From Minisyncoccia bacterium (GTDB taxonomy: Bacteria > Patescibacteriota > Minisyncoccia > Phycocordibacterales > UBA5272): a DNA stretch of 64,000 bases. The stretch is taken from the NCBI GenBank assembly GCA_038326985.1, contig JBBQKQ010000002.1:2978-66977 (forward strand). The letters are read 5' to 3'. The position numbers and the translations under genes are program-made. The notes below the pieces were generated by a model. That model was not told where the DNA came from and did not search any database. It worked only from the letters and a program-made list of their open reading frames with translations. Below are positions 20,320 through 31,055 of this stretch, piece by piece (the first letter of the stretch is position 1; every line of letters starts with the position of its first letter).

Positions 20320-20404
20320 GCCCGGGTGGCGAAATTGGCAGACGCACTAGCCTTAGGAGCTAGCGAGGCAACTCATGAAGGTTCAAGTCCTTTCCCGGGC
20401 ACCA
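20320..20404 (+). tRNA. tRNA-Leu(TAG)
   Basis: GCCCGGG/CCCGGGC acceptor stem, CTAGC-CTTAGGA-GCTAG anticodon arm, long variable arm, GGTTCAAGTCC, encoded CCA; TGaTATAAT upstream. Confidence 0.95.
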
Positions 20405-20678
20405 AAATGGAACTTAAAATTTTTGAAGAAGCAGAAATGCGGGACGCGCGAAGCGCCTCCCAATGGTTTCCGCCTAGATTTCCCCCAGAATCCGCAGAAG
20501 AATCTGCCAAAAATAAATCCGAATTTGGCGCGCAAGCGTGTGGAGTTTTTTCGCCGAGGAGGAGGTGCGAGCCAAAGATTTCTTCGGCACAGACCTTTTT
20601 AGAAAAAAGGTCTGAATCAGAAGCGATTTTGTCCAAGGATTGAGAGTCTTTTAGCCAGTTTTGGAAAGGTGTGAGCAA
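20373..20678 (-). pseudogene. Probable C-terminal remnant of a site-specific recombinase reading into the tRNA
   Basis: PFQNWLKDSQ.L.KIA...DLF.KKV..EEIFGS.LLL...WEALRAS...LVPGKGLEP resembles, from memory, tails of CPR serine recombinases that end inside tRNAs; locally higher GC. Confidence 0.5.
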
Positions 20679-20844
20679 ATCGTTCTGCTTATATAAAAAA
20701 GTAGATATATCTTATTTAAGAGATAAAAATTTTTTTTCCCCACAAAAGCAGTCAAAGATGGGTCGGAGTTTTTGTAGTCTTGCAAATCAAGACGATTTAA
20801 TTCCTCTACTCAGTCTTTGGGCAAAGAAGCTTTTTGAATTAAGA

Positions 20845-21676
20845 ATGATAATTGCTAGTCTAGTTTTTCACAACGAAGCTACATTTCGGGACATTTCATT
20901 ACTTTAGATTTTTTTTTCGTATATCTGTAATACGCAAAGTGGATACTTGATCGTGGAGTTAGAAGATGCAAGGAATGTAAAAAAGATGTCTCTGTATAAG
21001 TGGACACAGTTTTGGTACATACTCAAATACCAATTAGGCTTTTGTTGCAAGCTATTTGGCTAATCATCTTTTCTAAACAAGGTGTCAATACTATGGAGTT
21101 AGTAAAAATGTTAGGCATGAAAAGTGAGAGATCTGGCTGGGACTTATTGCAAAAAATACTTAGTGCTATGGTCAAAACTTCAGCCAATTTACTATCTAGT
21201 TAGTAGAAATAGACGAGGTTTTCCTAGAAGGCGAGCATGCTGGTAAGCGTGGTTGAGGTGCCTTTGGTAAAACTTTGATACTTGTGATAGTTGAAGACAA
21301 AGTCGAAGCTAGATTCGGTAGAATACGAATGTGTGTCATAAAAAATGCTGAAGATCAAACTTTGTTAAAAGCCATACAAAGTATGGTATCTGTTGGCAGT
21401 ATAATTCGTAACGATCAACACAAAAGTTATTCACTCATAAAAGAGCATTACTACGAGCATAAACCTGTTGCTAAAGTTGTTCATAAACTTGGAGAAGACA
21501 ACACACCACTTGTGCAAAAAGTGGCTTCACTTTTTAAAAGGTGGCTTTTAGGAACTCATCAAGGTGGCATGGAACCTTTGTATATTCCATCTTACCTATA
21601 TGAATACACTTTCCGTTTTAATAGACTAAAATCCAAATCTCGTGATAAACTATTATTCGATAGAAAATCTAATTAA
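20845..21676 (+). mobile_element. IS1595-family transposase, degraded
   Basis: Fragments RCKECKK, LVEIDEVF.EG...GKRG*GA.GK, RIRM, KRWLLGTHQG, YLYEYTFRFNR; frameshifts and an in-frame TGA. Confidence 0.8.
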
Positions 21677-21724
21677 AAAACCTTTAGTGGTGATAGATGA
21701 CTAGACCAGAAATAAAATAAAAAT

Positions 21725-22243
21725 ATGACGAATAAAAATATGCTTTATGCTGGGTTAGTCATGTTAATAATCTCTATCTTCTTGTGGCTTTTTACTTTTA
21801 ACAATACTACATAAACTCCCGTTATTACTTAAGACCAAGTGGCTACAACTGCAAATAATTCTGTAGATGCTGGCACAAAGACAGAAATTGTAGCTGATTC
21901 ACAAGTGCCTGTAAAATACATTTCTGGTTATCCAAAGTCTTGACCAAGTGACATTGTAAAGTATCTAAATGGTATTGTAAATACAAAAGCTGAAGATAAT
22001 CTAAATTCTAAAGCAAAAGAAGTAATTGTAATTCTGACAACAGGAGACACAGTGCATACTGTAGTTAAATTTTATTTAAAGAATTTGGTTGCAAATGGCT
22101 GGAAAATAACTGAAGATGGTGCTGGACTTGCCAATCAAATTACTTTTAGAGCCACAAAAGGGGTAAGAACTGTTGGTGCCTACGTTCAAAAAATAACAGA
22201 TGGAAAAACGAAATTGACAATGGGTGTAAATGAGGGAATATAA
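21725..22243 (+). pseudogene. Exported protein pseudogene with three in-frame stops
   Basis: One continuous frame MTNKNMLYAGLVMLIISIFLW...YPKS*PSD...LVANGWKI...; stops at 21812 (TAA), 21830 (TAA), 21941 (TGA). Confidence 0.65.
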
Positions 22244-22256
22244 AAGAAATTATAAA

Positions 22257-23849
22257 ATGAACAAAAAAATATCAAGAGAAGAAAATGCTAGATATGCTAG
22301 GTCGCTTATTGAGGCTTCACTAGACCCACTTGTTACTATTAGCATTGATGGAAAAATTACAGATGTTAATGAAGGTTCAATAAAAGTGACAGGAATTTCC
22401 AGAGAAAAATTAGTGGGAACTGACTTTTCAGATTATTTTACTGAGCCAGAAAAGGCCCGCGCAGGCTATAAACAAGTTTTTGCAGACGGATTGGTGACAG
22501 ACTATCCATTAACGATTCACCATTTGAACGGTACTTTGACTCATGTGCTTTATAATGCCTCGGTGTATACAGATGAAAAAGGGGAAGTTTTAGGTGTTTT
22601 TGCAGCGGCAAGAGATGTAACTGCCAAAAAAGAATTGGAAAAACAATTAGCAGAATTTGCAAAACTACAAGATGAAAAAATTATAAATAGAACCGTGGAA
22701 CTTGCTCAAAAAGTAAAAGAGCTTAGTGAGGCCAAAGCTAAAGACGAGGCTATTTTGCTTTCCCTTGGTGCCGCATTGGTGGTAGTAGATAAAGAAGGGA
22801 AAATAGAATTTGTAAATAAGGCCTTTGAGGAGCTTTTAGGTTGGGCGCAATCAGAGGTGCTAGGTAAATTCATGGTAGAGGTCATACCCCGTGAAGATGA
22901 AGCTGGACTTGAGGTGCCATTTGTGGAAAGAATTTTGTCAGAAGTTTTAGCTGGTAAAAAAATCACAACTTCAAACATTAAGTCTAGCGATTTAGATGCC
23001 CCAGTTATGGTATTACCTCCATATTATTATATCCGTAAAGACAAGACTAGATTCCCGGCAGCAGGGTTTATTAACCCTATTTTACTCAATAAAAGAGTTG
23101 TTGGAGCAGTTGAAATATTTCGCGATATTACAAAAGAAAAAGAATCAGACACAGCTAAAAGTGACTTTATTTCTCTTGCAGCTCATCAACTTCGTACCCC
23201 TCTTTCGGTTGTTTCCTGGTATATAGAAATGCTTTTAGATGGTGATGGTGGTGAGTTGAATGAGATACAAAAAGATTATTTTCAACAAATTTACAACGCA
23301 ACAGAAAGAATGTTAGATATGGTGAACTCGTTACTAAACGTTGCTTTACTTGATGTTGGAGCAGTGATAATTCATGATGAACATACTGATGTGGCATTAT
23401 TAATTCAAGATGTTATGGATGAGCAGAAAAAAGATATTTTGGAAAAAGAAATGGAAATTACTTTTGATTATACAAAAAATTTACCACTTATAAAGATTGA
23501 TCCAAAAAGACTAAGAATGGTTTTACAAAATTTAATATCAAATTCCGTAAAATACACTGAGAAAAAAGGTAAAATAAAAATCAAGATGTCGATCTTAAAT
23601 AAAAATGGTAAAGAAAAAAAAGAGTTGCTATTGTCAGTGGAAGATAATGGTCTCGGTATCCCTTTTGAATTCCAATCTAAAATATTTACAAAATTTTTTA
23701 GAGCAGACAATGTGGTCCAACGATCAACAGCTGGTACTGGATTAGGTATGTATCTAGCAAAAAATATTGTAGAAGCTTCTGGTGGAAAAATTTGGTTTGA
23801 AAGCAAGGAAAATATAGGCACAACTTTTTATGTGACTTTGCCCATGTAA
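22257..23849 (+). CDS. PAS-domain sensor histidine kinase
   Basis: YARSLIEASLDPLVTI PAS, second PAS, AAHQLRTPL H-box, NLISNSVKY, DNGLGIP, GTGLGMY. Confidence 0.92.
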   Translation: MNKKISREENARYARSLIEASLDPLVTISIDGKITDVNEGSIKVTGISREKLVGTDFSDYFTEPEKARAGYKQVFADGLVTDYPLTIHHLNGTLTHVLYNASVYTDEKGEVLGVFAAARDVTAKKELEKQLAEFAKLQDEKIINRTVELAQKVKELSEAKAKDEAILLSLGAALVVVDKEGKIEFVNKAFEELLGWAQSEVLGKFMVEVIPREDEAGLEVPFVERILSEVLAGKKITTSNIKSSDLDAPVMVLPPYYYIRKDKTRFPAAGFINPILLNKRVVGAVEIFRDITKEKESDTAKSDFISLAAHQLRTPLSVVSWYIEMLLDGDGGELNEIQKDYFQQIYNATERMLDMVNSLLNVALLDVGAVIIHDEHTDVALLIQDVMDEQKKDILEKEMEITFDYTKNLPLIKIDPKRLRMVLQNLISNSVKYTEKKGKIKIKMSILNKNGKEKKELLLSVEDNGLGIPFEFQSKIFTKFFRADNVVQRSTAGTGLGMYLAKNIVEASGGKIWFESKENIGTTFYVTLPM

Positions 23850-23909
23850 TATATTTGCTTCAACCTTCCCATTGACATATTTTTATGGTATGATTGATAT
23901 AACATCATA

Positions 23910-24275
23910 ATGAAAATAATTTTGTTAGTGGAAGACGATATTTCCTTACTAACTGTAATCCAAATAAAATTGGAAAGATGTGGCTTTAAAGTTGTCACTG
24001 CAAGAAGTGTTGAAAGTGCAATGGAAAAAATAATGAAAGTAGATGGCATATGGCTTGACCATAACCTAATTGGTAAAGAAAACGGAATGGATTTTGTCAT
24101 AAAATTTAAAGCTAAAACTAAAAAATTTAAAGAAACACCCGTTTTTGTTGTTTCCAATACATCTTCTCAAGATGTACAAAAATGTTATGCAGATCTTGGG
24201 GTTCTGAATTATTTTGTAAAAGCCGAACATAAACTTAGTGAAATAGTTAAACAAGTACAAACATCTCTGTCGTAG
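23910..24275 (+). CDS. Single-domain response regulator
   Basis: ILLVEDD, IWLDHNL, VVSN, YFVKA. Confidence 0.88.
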   Translation: MKIILLVEDDISLLTVIQIKLERCGFKVVTARSVESAMEKIMKVDGIWLDHNLIGKENGMDFVIKFKAKTKKFKETPVFVVSNTSSQDVQKCYADLGVLNYFVKAEHKLSEIVKQVQTSLS

Positions 24276-24287
24276 TTTTTTTAGAAA

Positions 24288-25214
24288 TTATTTAATTCCA
24301 CAAACCTTTTTTAAAGCCTCGGAGTCAGCTTTTGTGATTGTAAACCCTACACCGTCATCAATGTAGTGCATAATAGAATTTTTTTGCTTTAAATGATCGA
24401 GGCCTAGTGCGTGCCCAAGCTCATGAGCTAAAACTCTTTTCAAAGAATTGAAATCTTCATACTCATAAATATCAATTGTGCCATAAGAAGAATAAAGTCC
24501 TTTTTCAAACTCACCTCCAGTATTAGAATTATAAGAATTTACAATAGTATTTACAGAGTTAACTTCTGAATTATGAGTGCTAACATTTTGATTAATTTCC
24601 GATTTTAAAGAATTTAGCTCGTTAATTAAAACCTGCAAATTGTTTTTTTGTTGGTCAAGACTAGCTTTTTCTTGCTCCAATACTTGAGCTTGCTGCACAG
24701 TTGCACCGCCACTATTATTTATGGCTCTAACTTTATAATTGTAAGAATCAAGATTTGTCTGATACTTTTTATTTTCAATTTCGAAAGCTATATTTTTATT
24801 ATTATAATTGGCTTTTAAATCAGAAATGATTTTGCCGTCATTTTTAAGCTCTGCTTCTTTCACTCTAATATTTTCAGCAATTATTTTATTTTTAATTGTG
24901 TCTCGCTGTCTTTTGTCAAAAATAAATCTTATTTTTATTTCACCACCCGCATCATATTTTAAAACTTCTTTCCCAACAGATTTGTTCCAGGCCTCTGCAA
25001 CTGCTTTAGCTTGTAGAACAGCAGTACTTGTAGAGAGATTGAAATTTTTATCTATAGTTACTATTTCAAATGTCTTAGGTGTTTGGTAATTTAAAAAAAG
25101 TCTGGGAATATTTTTAGTTAAATCTGCCAAATTTGTCAAATCTTGTTTTGAGTAAAATTTGTAGGCCAAAAAGATAATAACAAGTAAGAATAAATACTTT
25201 ATTAATTTAAACAT
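24288..25214 (-). CDS. Matrixin-like zinc metalloprotease with coiled coil
   Basis: HELGHALGLDH and SIMH Met-turn; encoded on the MINUS strand (CAT at 25212-25214, TTA at 24288-24290) although the ORF track labels it +. Confidence 0.85.
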   Translation of the reverse strand: MFKLIKYLFLLVIIFLAYKFYSKQDLTNLADLTKNIPRLFLNYQTPKTFEIVTIDKNFNLSTSTAVLQAKAVAEAWNKSVGKEVLKYDAGGEIKIRFIFDKRQRDTIKNKIIAENIRVKEAELKNDGKIISDLKANYNNKNIAFEIENKKYQTNLDSYNYKVRAINNSGGATVQQAQVLEQEKASLDQQKNNLQVLINELNSLKSEINQNVSTHNSEVNSVNTIVNSYNSNTGGEFEKGLYSSYGTIDIYEYEDFNSLKRVLAHELGHALGLDHLKQKNSIMHYIDDGVGFTITKADSEALKKVCGIK

Positions 25215-25281
25215 GTTTATATATATTATACGCTAAAAACTTTGAAAGTATTTCAGCTATTATACGTAGTATAATGTAGAT

Positions 25282-26040
25282 ATGAAAAAAATTCTTTTTA
25301 TAGTGCCTGTGCTTTTCCTGCAAATATTTACTGCAAGTGCACAGACTTTATCAACATCAACTGCATCAACCTCGACATCAACTATTTCTACTTCAACCTA
25401 TATTAGAGTCCTTATACCAGAAGGTTTACGAAAAGAAGAGATTGCTAAAATTTTTACCAAAAGTCTTAACTGGGATAAAAAACAAGAAAAAAACTTTTTA
25501 AGTTTTAATGAGGGTACGTATTTTCCAGAAACTTATTTAATTCCTCCAAATGAAGTAGCTACAAAAACTGCCCAGAGACTTATATCAAAGTTTAATGAAC
25601 AACTGGGTCCATATTTGCCTTTGTTTAATGAACAAAACGTAAAATGGACCACTGCTCTTACTCTTGCATCAATCGTACAGCGCGAGGCTGCGAATAGCCA
25701 AGATATGCCAATCGTTGCAGGTATTTTGTGGAATAGGTTAAACCAGAAAATGCAACTAAATGCAGATGCAACTTTACAGTATTTGCGCGGGGATACTGGA
25801 AATGGCTATTGGGCACAAGTTTCTGTGAAAGACAAAAAAATAAAATCTCCATATAATACTTATAAAAATAAAGGTTTACCTCCTCACCCCATTTCTAATC
25901 CTGGAATATCTGCTATAGAAGCTGTTCTAAATCCTGCGACTACAACATGTCTTTATTATTTACACGATAAAGACCACATAATTCATTGCGCAAATACTTA
26001 CGATGAGCATTTACAAAATATTGAGACTTATTTGAAATAA
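25282..26040 (+). CDS. Endolytic transglycosylase MltG-like (short paralog)
   Basis: IPEGLR, EGTYFPETY, LASIVQREA, L.ADATLQY, SPYNTY...GLPPHPISNPG. Confidence 0.85.
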   Translation: MKKILFIVPVLFLQIFTASAQTLSTSTASTSTSTISTSTYIRVLIPEGLRKEEIAKIFTKSLNWDKKQEKNFLSFNEGTYFPETYLIPPNEVATKTAQRLISKFNEQLGPYLPLFNEQNVKWTTALTLASIVQREAANSQDMPIVAGILWNRLNQKMQLNADATLQYLRGDTGNGYWAQVSVKDKKIKSPYNTYKNKGLPPHPISNPGISAIEAVLNPATTTCLYYLHDKDHIIHCANTYDEHLQNIETYLK

Positions 26041-26577
26041 CTATTTTTGGTGAATTTTATTGGTCTCTATATTTTCTTTATCAGGAGGTAGGTCTCTTAA
26101 ATCCTCCGCTTTACTATCAAAAAGTATTCCATCTAAGTGGTCAATTTCGTGCTGAAAAATTTGAGCCATAAGTCCTGAAGCTCCGCGAACATGTCTGATC
26201 CCAAATTCGTCTAGGCTTTCTATCATTACTTGTTTTGATCTCTCAACTTCACCATACATCCAACGAACAGAAAGACAACCCTCTAACATAAAATCTTTCT
26301 CTTTTGAAGATTTTAAAATACGTGGGTTGATATACACTGTTTGAAAATTTTTAGTATTTTTATGAAAAGCAATTGGAGATAGTATAAACAAACGGATAGA
26401 TTCACCAACCTGTGGCGCTGCAATAGCTACACCATCCTCTTGTTTTGCAAGTTCGTCTTTCATTAAATCTATCACGTCATTTAAAAACCTACCTCCTATT
26501 TCCGATGCCAAAATTGGCCTTGCCATTTTTTCTAGCACAGGGTTACCTTTATTTACAATTTTATTTGACACTTTCAT
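26041..26577 (-). CDS. def: Peptide deformylase
   Basis: GVAIAAPQVG, EGCLS, QHEIDHLDG motifs. Confidence 0.93.
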   Translation of the reverse strand: MKVSNKIVNKGNPVLEKMARPILASEIGGRFLNDVIDLMKDELAKQEDGVAIAAPQVGESIRLFILSPIAFHKNTKNFQTVYINPRILKSSKEKDFMLEGCLSVRWMYGEVERSKQVMIESLDEFGIRHVRGASGLMAQIFQHEIDHLDGILFDSKAEDLRDLPPDKENIETNKIHQK

Positions 26578-26639
26578 TTGTATGTATTGTAACATATTTT
26601 CAAATTTGCACATAATTAGATTATTGCTATACTTACGAC

Positions 26640-27035
26640 ATGAAAAATAAAAATTTACAAGTTGTCGGACTAATTTTTGTACTATTGGTTATTGGCTCAC
26701 TTTATTTCTGGTATAAAGATTCCAAAGCTCCTGGACAATATGACGAATTTGCGAAGTGCCTCGGAGACAAAGGTTTGAAATTCTACGGAGCATTCTGGTG
26801 TCCACATTGCCAAAAAGAAAAAGCCTTATTCGGAAAATCGAAACAATATTTGCCATATGTTGAGTGTTCAACTGCTGACGGTAATGGGCAAACACAAATC
26901 TGTAAAGATAAAGGAGTAACAGGGTATCCAACTTGGGAATACATGAAAAATGGAACTACCACCATGGAAAGTGGAGAAAAGACTCTACAAGATTTGGCTG
27001 ATATGACAAGCTGTGTTTTAGCTCCTGTTAAATAA
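26640..27035 (+). CDS. Membrane-anchored thioredoxin-like protein
   Basis: FYGAFWCPHC, YVEC, GYPTW; N-terminal TM. Confidence 0.8.
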   Translation: MKNKNLQVVGLIFVLLVIGSLYFWYKDSKAPGQYDEFAKCLGDKGLKFYGAFWCPHCQKEKALFGKSKQYLPYVECSTADGNGQTQICKDKGVTGYPTWEYMKNGTTTMESGEKTLQDLADMTSCVLAPVK

Positions 27036-27704
27036 GTGCTAAGTAAAGAAGCGCAGTTTCTAAAAAAGAAAGATAAAATATTGGGTAAAATAATTTTAGA
27101 GGATTTACCTGTGCTAAAAAGTAGGGGAAATGTCTACGAGTCGTTACTCTCATCAATTATTTCTCAACAAATTTCATTAGGAGCAGCAAGATCAATAAAA
27201 GAAAAATTCTTAAAATTATTCAATAAAAATACATTGAAATTTCCACGCATAAAAGAACTATTGGAAATAAGCGACGAAGATTTGAGAAGTGCCGGACTTT
27301 CGAAACCAAAAATAGGTTATATGAAAAATGTTGCAGAACATTATAAGACCCCACCTAGCCTCCCCTTGTTAAGGGGAGGAACAGTGCAATATGAAAATAT
27401 GAGTGATAGTGAAGTAATAGCAGATTTAGTAAAAATAAAGGGTGTGGGAGAGTGGACAGCTGAAATGATACTTATTTTTTCCCTACTTAAACCGGATGTG
27501 TATTCTTATAAAGATTTAGCATTAACAAATACTATAATCGAAACTTACAATATAAAAAAAGACAACTACACTCCAAAACAACTGAAAGAAGAAGTTTTAA
27601 AAATAACTGACAAATGGTCCCCGCACCGAAGCTTGGCTTCTAGATATTTATGGGAATATAGAGGTAAAAAGAAAATAAAATTAATAAATAAAAATCTCAC
27701 TTGA
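27036..27704 (+). CDS. DNA-3-methyladenine glycosylase (AlkA/HhH-GPD family)
   Basis: SIISQQIS, LRSAGLS..K, IKGVGEWTAEM, WSPHRSLASRYLW. Confidence 0.88.
   Translation: MLSKEAQFLKKKDKILGKIILEDLPVLKSRGNVYESLLSSIISQQISLGAARSIKEKFLKLFNKNTLKFPRIKELLEISDEDLRSAGLSKPKIGYMKNVAEHYKTPPSLPLLRGGTVQYENMSDSEVIADLVKIKGVGEWTAEMILIFSLLKPDVYSYKDLALTNTIIETYNIKKDNYTPKQLKEEVLKITDKWSPHRSLASRYLWEYRGKKKIKLINKNLT
27349..27379 (+). repeat. Triplex-motif repeat, in frame in the alkA-like gene
   Basis: CCCCACC-TAG-CCTCCCC-TTGTTAA-GGGGAGG; encodes TPPSLPLLRGG. Confidence 0.9.
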
Positions 27705-27760
27705 CAGAAAATTTGTATTTGGTATAGATATAGTATTAATAACCTAAAGTAAACAAAAAT

Positions 27761-30475
27761 ATGCCACCATTTAACTTATTTTCCATGACTGCACAACGGT
27801 CAATTCAGAAAGCTCACGAAATAGCTGGTGAGCGTGGTATAAGCCACGTTTCTTCTATGCATTTATTGCTATCGCTTTTTACTTTGGAAGATGATGTGCT
27901 CTTAACAATTTTTGAAAAAATGGAGCTTAACCAATTAGACATTATAGACAGTTTGTTGGAAAAACTCGAAGACAGAAACGTGGGTGATCAGATGTCGACT
28001 AGTTACGTGCAACAGATGTTTTTAACCCCTGACATGGCCGAGACACTAGACCGCGCAATGCATGTAGCAAAAGAAATGAATGATAAAACAATTGAGCCTG
28101 AGCACTTATTTTTAGCACTTTTAAGTATTGATAAAGAAGCAGCCAAGTTTTTATTGCCGTACAATATTAACTTTGATAATTTCAAAAAAATAGTTTTAGA
28201 AGTGCATCAAGAAAATCTTGATGAACAAGAGTTAGAAAATATTGAGGGAGAGGAGTCAGAAAATAAAAGCAATCCAAAAGCTAGAGCGGTAGAAAAATTT
28301 ACTCGCAATTTAACTAAAGAAGCAAAACAAGATAAAATAGACCCTGTTATTGGGCGAGATAAAGAGACGATGCGCCTAATGCAAATTTTATCTCGTAGAA
28401 CTAAAAACAATCCTATAATTATTGGTGAACCCGGAACAGGAAAAACCGCAGTAGCAGAAGGACTAGCACTCAGAATAGCAAAAGGTGACGTTCCCGAGTC
28501 TTTAAAAGGTAAAGAACTAGTTTCGCTTGATTTAGGACTTTTAATTGCAGGTACAAAGTATAGAGGAGAATTTGAAGAGAGATTAAAAAATATAATGAAA
28601 GAAATAGAGAAATCTAAAGGTAAGATTATTCTCTTTATTGATGAAATACATACTATAATTGGAGCAGGAAACCGTGAAGGTGAGAGTGATGTAGCAAACA
28701 TGCTTAAACCAGCCCTTTCACGAGGAGAAATACGTGTTATAGGTGCAACTACAATAAATGAGTATCAAAAACACATTGAAAAAGATGCTGCTTTAACCCG
28801 CCGTTTTCAGCCAATATTTGTAGAAGAACCTTCTGAGGTTGACACGATTGCAATATTGCGTGGAATAAAAGAAAAGTACGAGCTTTTTCATGGAGTCAGA
28901 ATAACCGATGATGCCATTATTGCTTCTGTTGAATTATCAACAAAATATATTTCCAATAGATTTTTGCCGGACAAAGCCATTGATCTTATTGATGAAGCAG
29001 CCTCAACTCTCAGGATGACTTTGGAAAATAAACCAATTGTTTTAGATGAGGCACACAGAAAAATAATGAAGCTCGAGATTGAAAAAAAATCTTTAGTTGA
29101 AGGTGATGCAAAAATTAAAATCATCGCGGCACAAATAGCAAAAATTAAAAAAGAAATAGCCCCCACAGAAAAAAAGTGGAAAGCTGAAAAAGATTTGTTA
29201 TCTGAAATACAGAGAATAAAGACGGAGCTCGACACGATGAGGGTTGAAAGTGAGCAAGCGGAATCAATGGGTGATTTAACAAAAATTGCCGAAATACGCT
29301 ATGGAAAAATACCCGAGCTTAAAAGTGAAATGCAAGTAAAAATAACCGAGCTTGCACTTTTACAGAAAAAAGGAAGTCGTGTATTAAAAGAAGAAATAAA
29401 TAGGGAGGACATTGGTAGAGTTGTAGCTCAATGGACAGGAATACCAGTGCTTAGAATGCTAGAAGACGAAGCTCAAAAGCTAGAACATATGGAAGAGTTT
29501 TTACACGCGAGAGTTGTAGGACAAGAAGAAGCTGTTAGTAAAGTTGCACATGCAATAAGAAGAAGTAGAGTGGGAATTGGTGACCCAAACCGACCAATTG
29601 GTTCTTTCATATTTTTAGGACCTACTGGAGTAGGAAAAACCGAACTTACAAAAGCCTTGGCGGAATTTATGTTCAATGATGAAAAGGCACTGGTCCGAAT
29701 TGATATGAGTGAATACATGGAAAAACACAGTGTTTCTAAACTGGTAGGAGCTCCACCAGGATACGTAGGATATGATGAGGCAGGTCAATTAACAGAAGCT
29801 ATTCGCCATAGACCATACTCGGTAATACTTTTTGACGAAGTGGAAAAAGCTCACCCAGAAGTTTTCAATATTCTTCTTCAAGTTTTGGATGAGGGAAAAC
29901 TTAAAGACTCAAAAGGTCGATATGTAAACTTTAAAAATTGTATTATAGTACTCACTTCTAACTTGGGTTCTCAGTTTATAAATAAGATGGAAAGTTTTGG
30001 TTTTAACGAAAAACCAACATCAGATTATTCCAACATGAAAGAAAAAGTATTAACTAGTTTGAAAGATTTCTTTAGACCAGAATTCTTAAACAGGCTTGAT
30101 GAAATAGTTGTCTTTGATGTGCTTTCAAAAGAAATGATAAAAGATATTGTAAAAATTCAATTAAATATTTTAGTGGACAGATTAAAAACAAAGAATGTGA
30201 ATTTAAGTTTTACTGAAGCCTCAGTTGATAAAATTTCTGAACTTGGATTTGACCCTCATTATGGAGCACGACCCGTTAAGAGGATTATTCAAACTGAAGT
30301 TTTAAACCCCATTGCACTGACCTTAGTAAAATATGTAAATAAATTTGAGAAAAATGTATTACTAGATGTTAAAAAGGACAAGGGAATACTCAAATCTGAG
30401 AATAAATTAGAAATTTCTTTTAAAGGACTCACAAAAGGAATCTCACTTAAAAAAGTCAATATTGCAAAAAAATAA
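27761..30475 (+). CDS. clpB: ClpB chaperone (AAA+)
   Basis: [31 protein letters not shown], long coiled-coil middle domain, [17 protein letters not shown]. Confidence 0.88.
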   Translation: MPPFNLFSMTAQRSIQKAHEIAGERGISHVSSMHLLLSLFTLEDDVLLTIFEKMELNQLDIIDSLLEKLEDRNVGDQMSTSYVQQMFLTPDMAETLDRAMHVAKEMNDKTIEPEHLFLALLSIDKEAAKFLLPYNINFDNFKKIVLEVHQENLDEQELENIEGEESENKSNPKARAVEKFTRNLTKEAKQDKIDPVIGRDKETMRLMQILSRRTKNNPIIIGEPGTGKTAVAEGLALRIAKGDVPESLKGKELVSLDLGLLIAGTKYRGEFEERLKNIMKEIEKSKGKIILFIDEIHTIIGAGNREGESDVANMLKPALSRGEIRVIGATTINEYQKHIEKDAALTRRFQPIFVEEPSEVDTIAILRGIKEKYELFHGVRITDDAIIASVELSTKYISNRFLPDKAIDLIDEAASTLRMTLENKPIVLDEAHRKIMKLEIEKKSLVEGDAKIKIIAAQIAKIKKEIAPTEKKWKAEKDLLSEIQRIKTELDTMRVESEQAESMGDLTKIAEIRYGKIPELKSEMQVKITELALLQKKGSRVLKEEINREDIGRVVAQWTGIPVLRMLEDEAQKLEHMEEFLHARVVGQEEAVSKVAHAIRRSRVGIGDPNRPIGSFIFLGPTGVGKTELTKALAEFMFNDEKALVRIDMSEYMEKHSVSKLVGAPPGYVGYDEAGQLTEAIRHRPYSVILFDEVEKAHPEVFNILLQVLDEGKLKDSKGRYVNFKNCIIVLTSNLGSQFINKMESFGFNEKPTSDYSNMKEKVLTSLKDFFRPEFLNRLDEIVVFDVLSKEMIKDIVKIQLNILVDRLKTKNVNLSFTEASVDKISELGFDPHYGARPVKRIIQTEVLNPIALTLVKYVNKFEKNVLLDVKKDKGILKSENKLEISFKGLTKGISLKKVNIAKK

Positions 30476-30495
30476 AAATAGAATACAATAATAAA

Positions 30496-30652
30496 TAGGG
30501 CTATCTGTAAAAAACTTTACTAAAATTTTTACAGGAGGCTTTATATAGATTCACCTGCCGCGCTTTCAAAAGAAATTTTGTTCGTACGAATATGGAAATT
30601 CTTGCGGTCTCCGCCCTTAAGTTAATCCTTAAGGTTTAAGCAGATAGCCCTA
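30496..30652 (+). ncRNA. 6S RNA-like structured RNA candidate
   Basis: 157 nt closed by a 12-bp stem TAGGGCTATCTG/CAGATAGCCCTA, internal stems, 3' hairpin CCTTAAG..CTTAAGG; TTGCAA/TACAAT promoter directly upstream. Confidence 0.5.
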
Positions 30653-30681
30653 AACAAAAAATGAAAACAACAATGAAGCAC

Positions 30682-30710
30682 TTGCTTCGTTTTTTGTTTG
30701 GGTGTAGAAT
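30682..30710 (+). promoter_or_regulatory. Sigma70-type promoter, unit A
   Basis: TTGCTT-17 nt-TAGAAT; shares GTTTGGGTGTAGAATTT with 31056-31084. Confidence 0.7.
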
Positions 30711-30754
30711 TTTAGATGACCGACAAAACGGTCAGCGTTCAAAGGAAAAAAAAG

Positions 30755-30961
30755 ATGGCAAAAAGCAAACGAGGAGCCGTAAAGGCATCCCGGAGGAGGA
30801 GGTGCCTTAGTGGTAATCCTGATTTGGTGGGGCAACATCACCAACTGCAAACAACCACGTTAGGTGGGGACTCGAGAGAGACTCCAAAAAGATATGACTA
30901 TGGGGGACGAACCTTTGTGTTTCCGGAAAGCACTTGGGAGTTGAATGATCTCAACTTCTAA
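30755..30961 (+). CDS. Small basic ORF (68 aa) or structured RNA, unit A
   Basis: AAGGA upstream of ATG; MAKSKRGAVKASRRRR...; bounded by its own promoter and terminator. Confidence 0.4.
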   Translation: MAKSKRGAVKASRRRRCLSGNPDLVGQHHQLQTTTLGGDSRETPKRYDYGGRTFVFPESTWELNDLNF

Positions 30962-30988
30962 GCTCAGTCTTCTTTGGGAAACGTTTGT

Positions 30989-31022
30989 GGGGCGCTGCAA
31001 AGCAGCGCCCCTTTTACTTTTT
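30989..31022 (+). terminator. Intrinsic terminator, unit A
   Basis: GGGGCGCTGC-AAA-GCAGCGCCCC-TTTTACTTTTT. Confidence 0.85.
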
Positions 31023-31055
31023 AATTATCTTAAAAAATATATTTGAAAAAGACAT

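Noticed and set aside
20326-20643. + strand ORFs overlapping the tRNA (105 aa and 75 aa)
   Set aside because: They are translations of tRNA-Leu and the antisense of the recombinase-like remnant.
21941-21943. TGA recoding (code 4/25)
   Set aside because: TGA terminates normal genes here (563, 12327, 16525, 32684), and the same pseudogene also has TAA stops.
24288-25214. ORF track lists this protein on the + strand
   Set aside because: The translation MFKLIK matches the reverse complement starting at CAT 25212-25214, so it is a minus-strand gene.
30841-30900. AACT-GCA-AAC-AAC resembling a tmRNA resume site
   Set aside because: There is no tRNA-like 5'/3' domain or T-loop, and the frame does not end in an Ala-rich tag.
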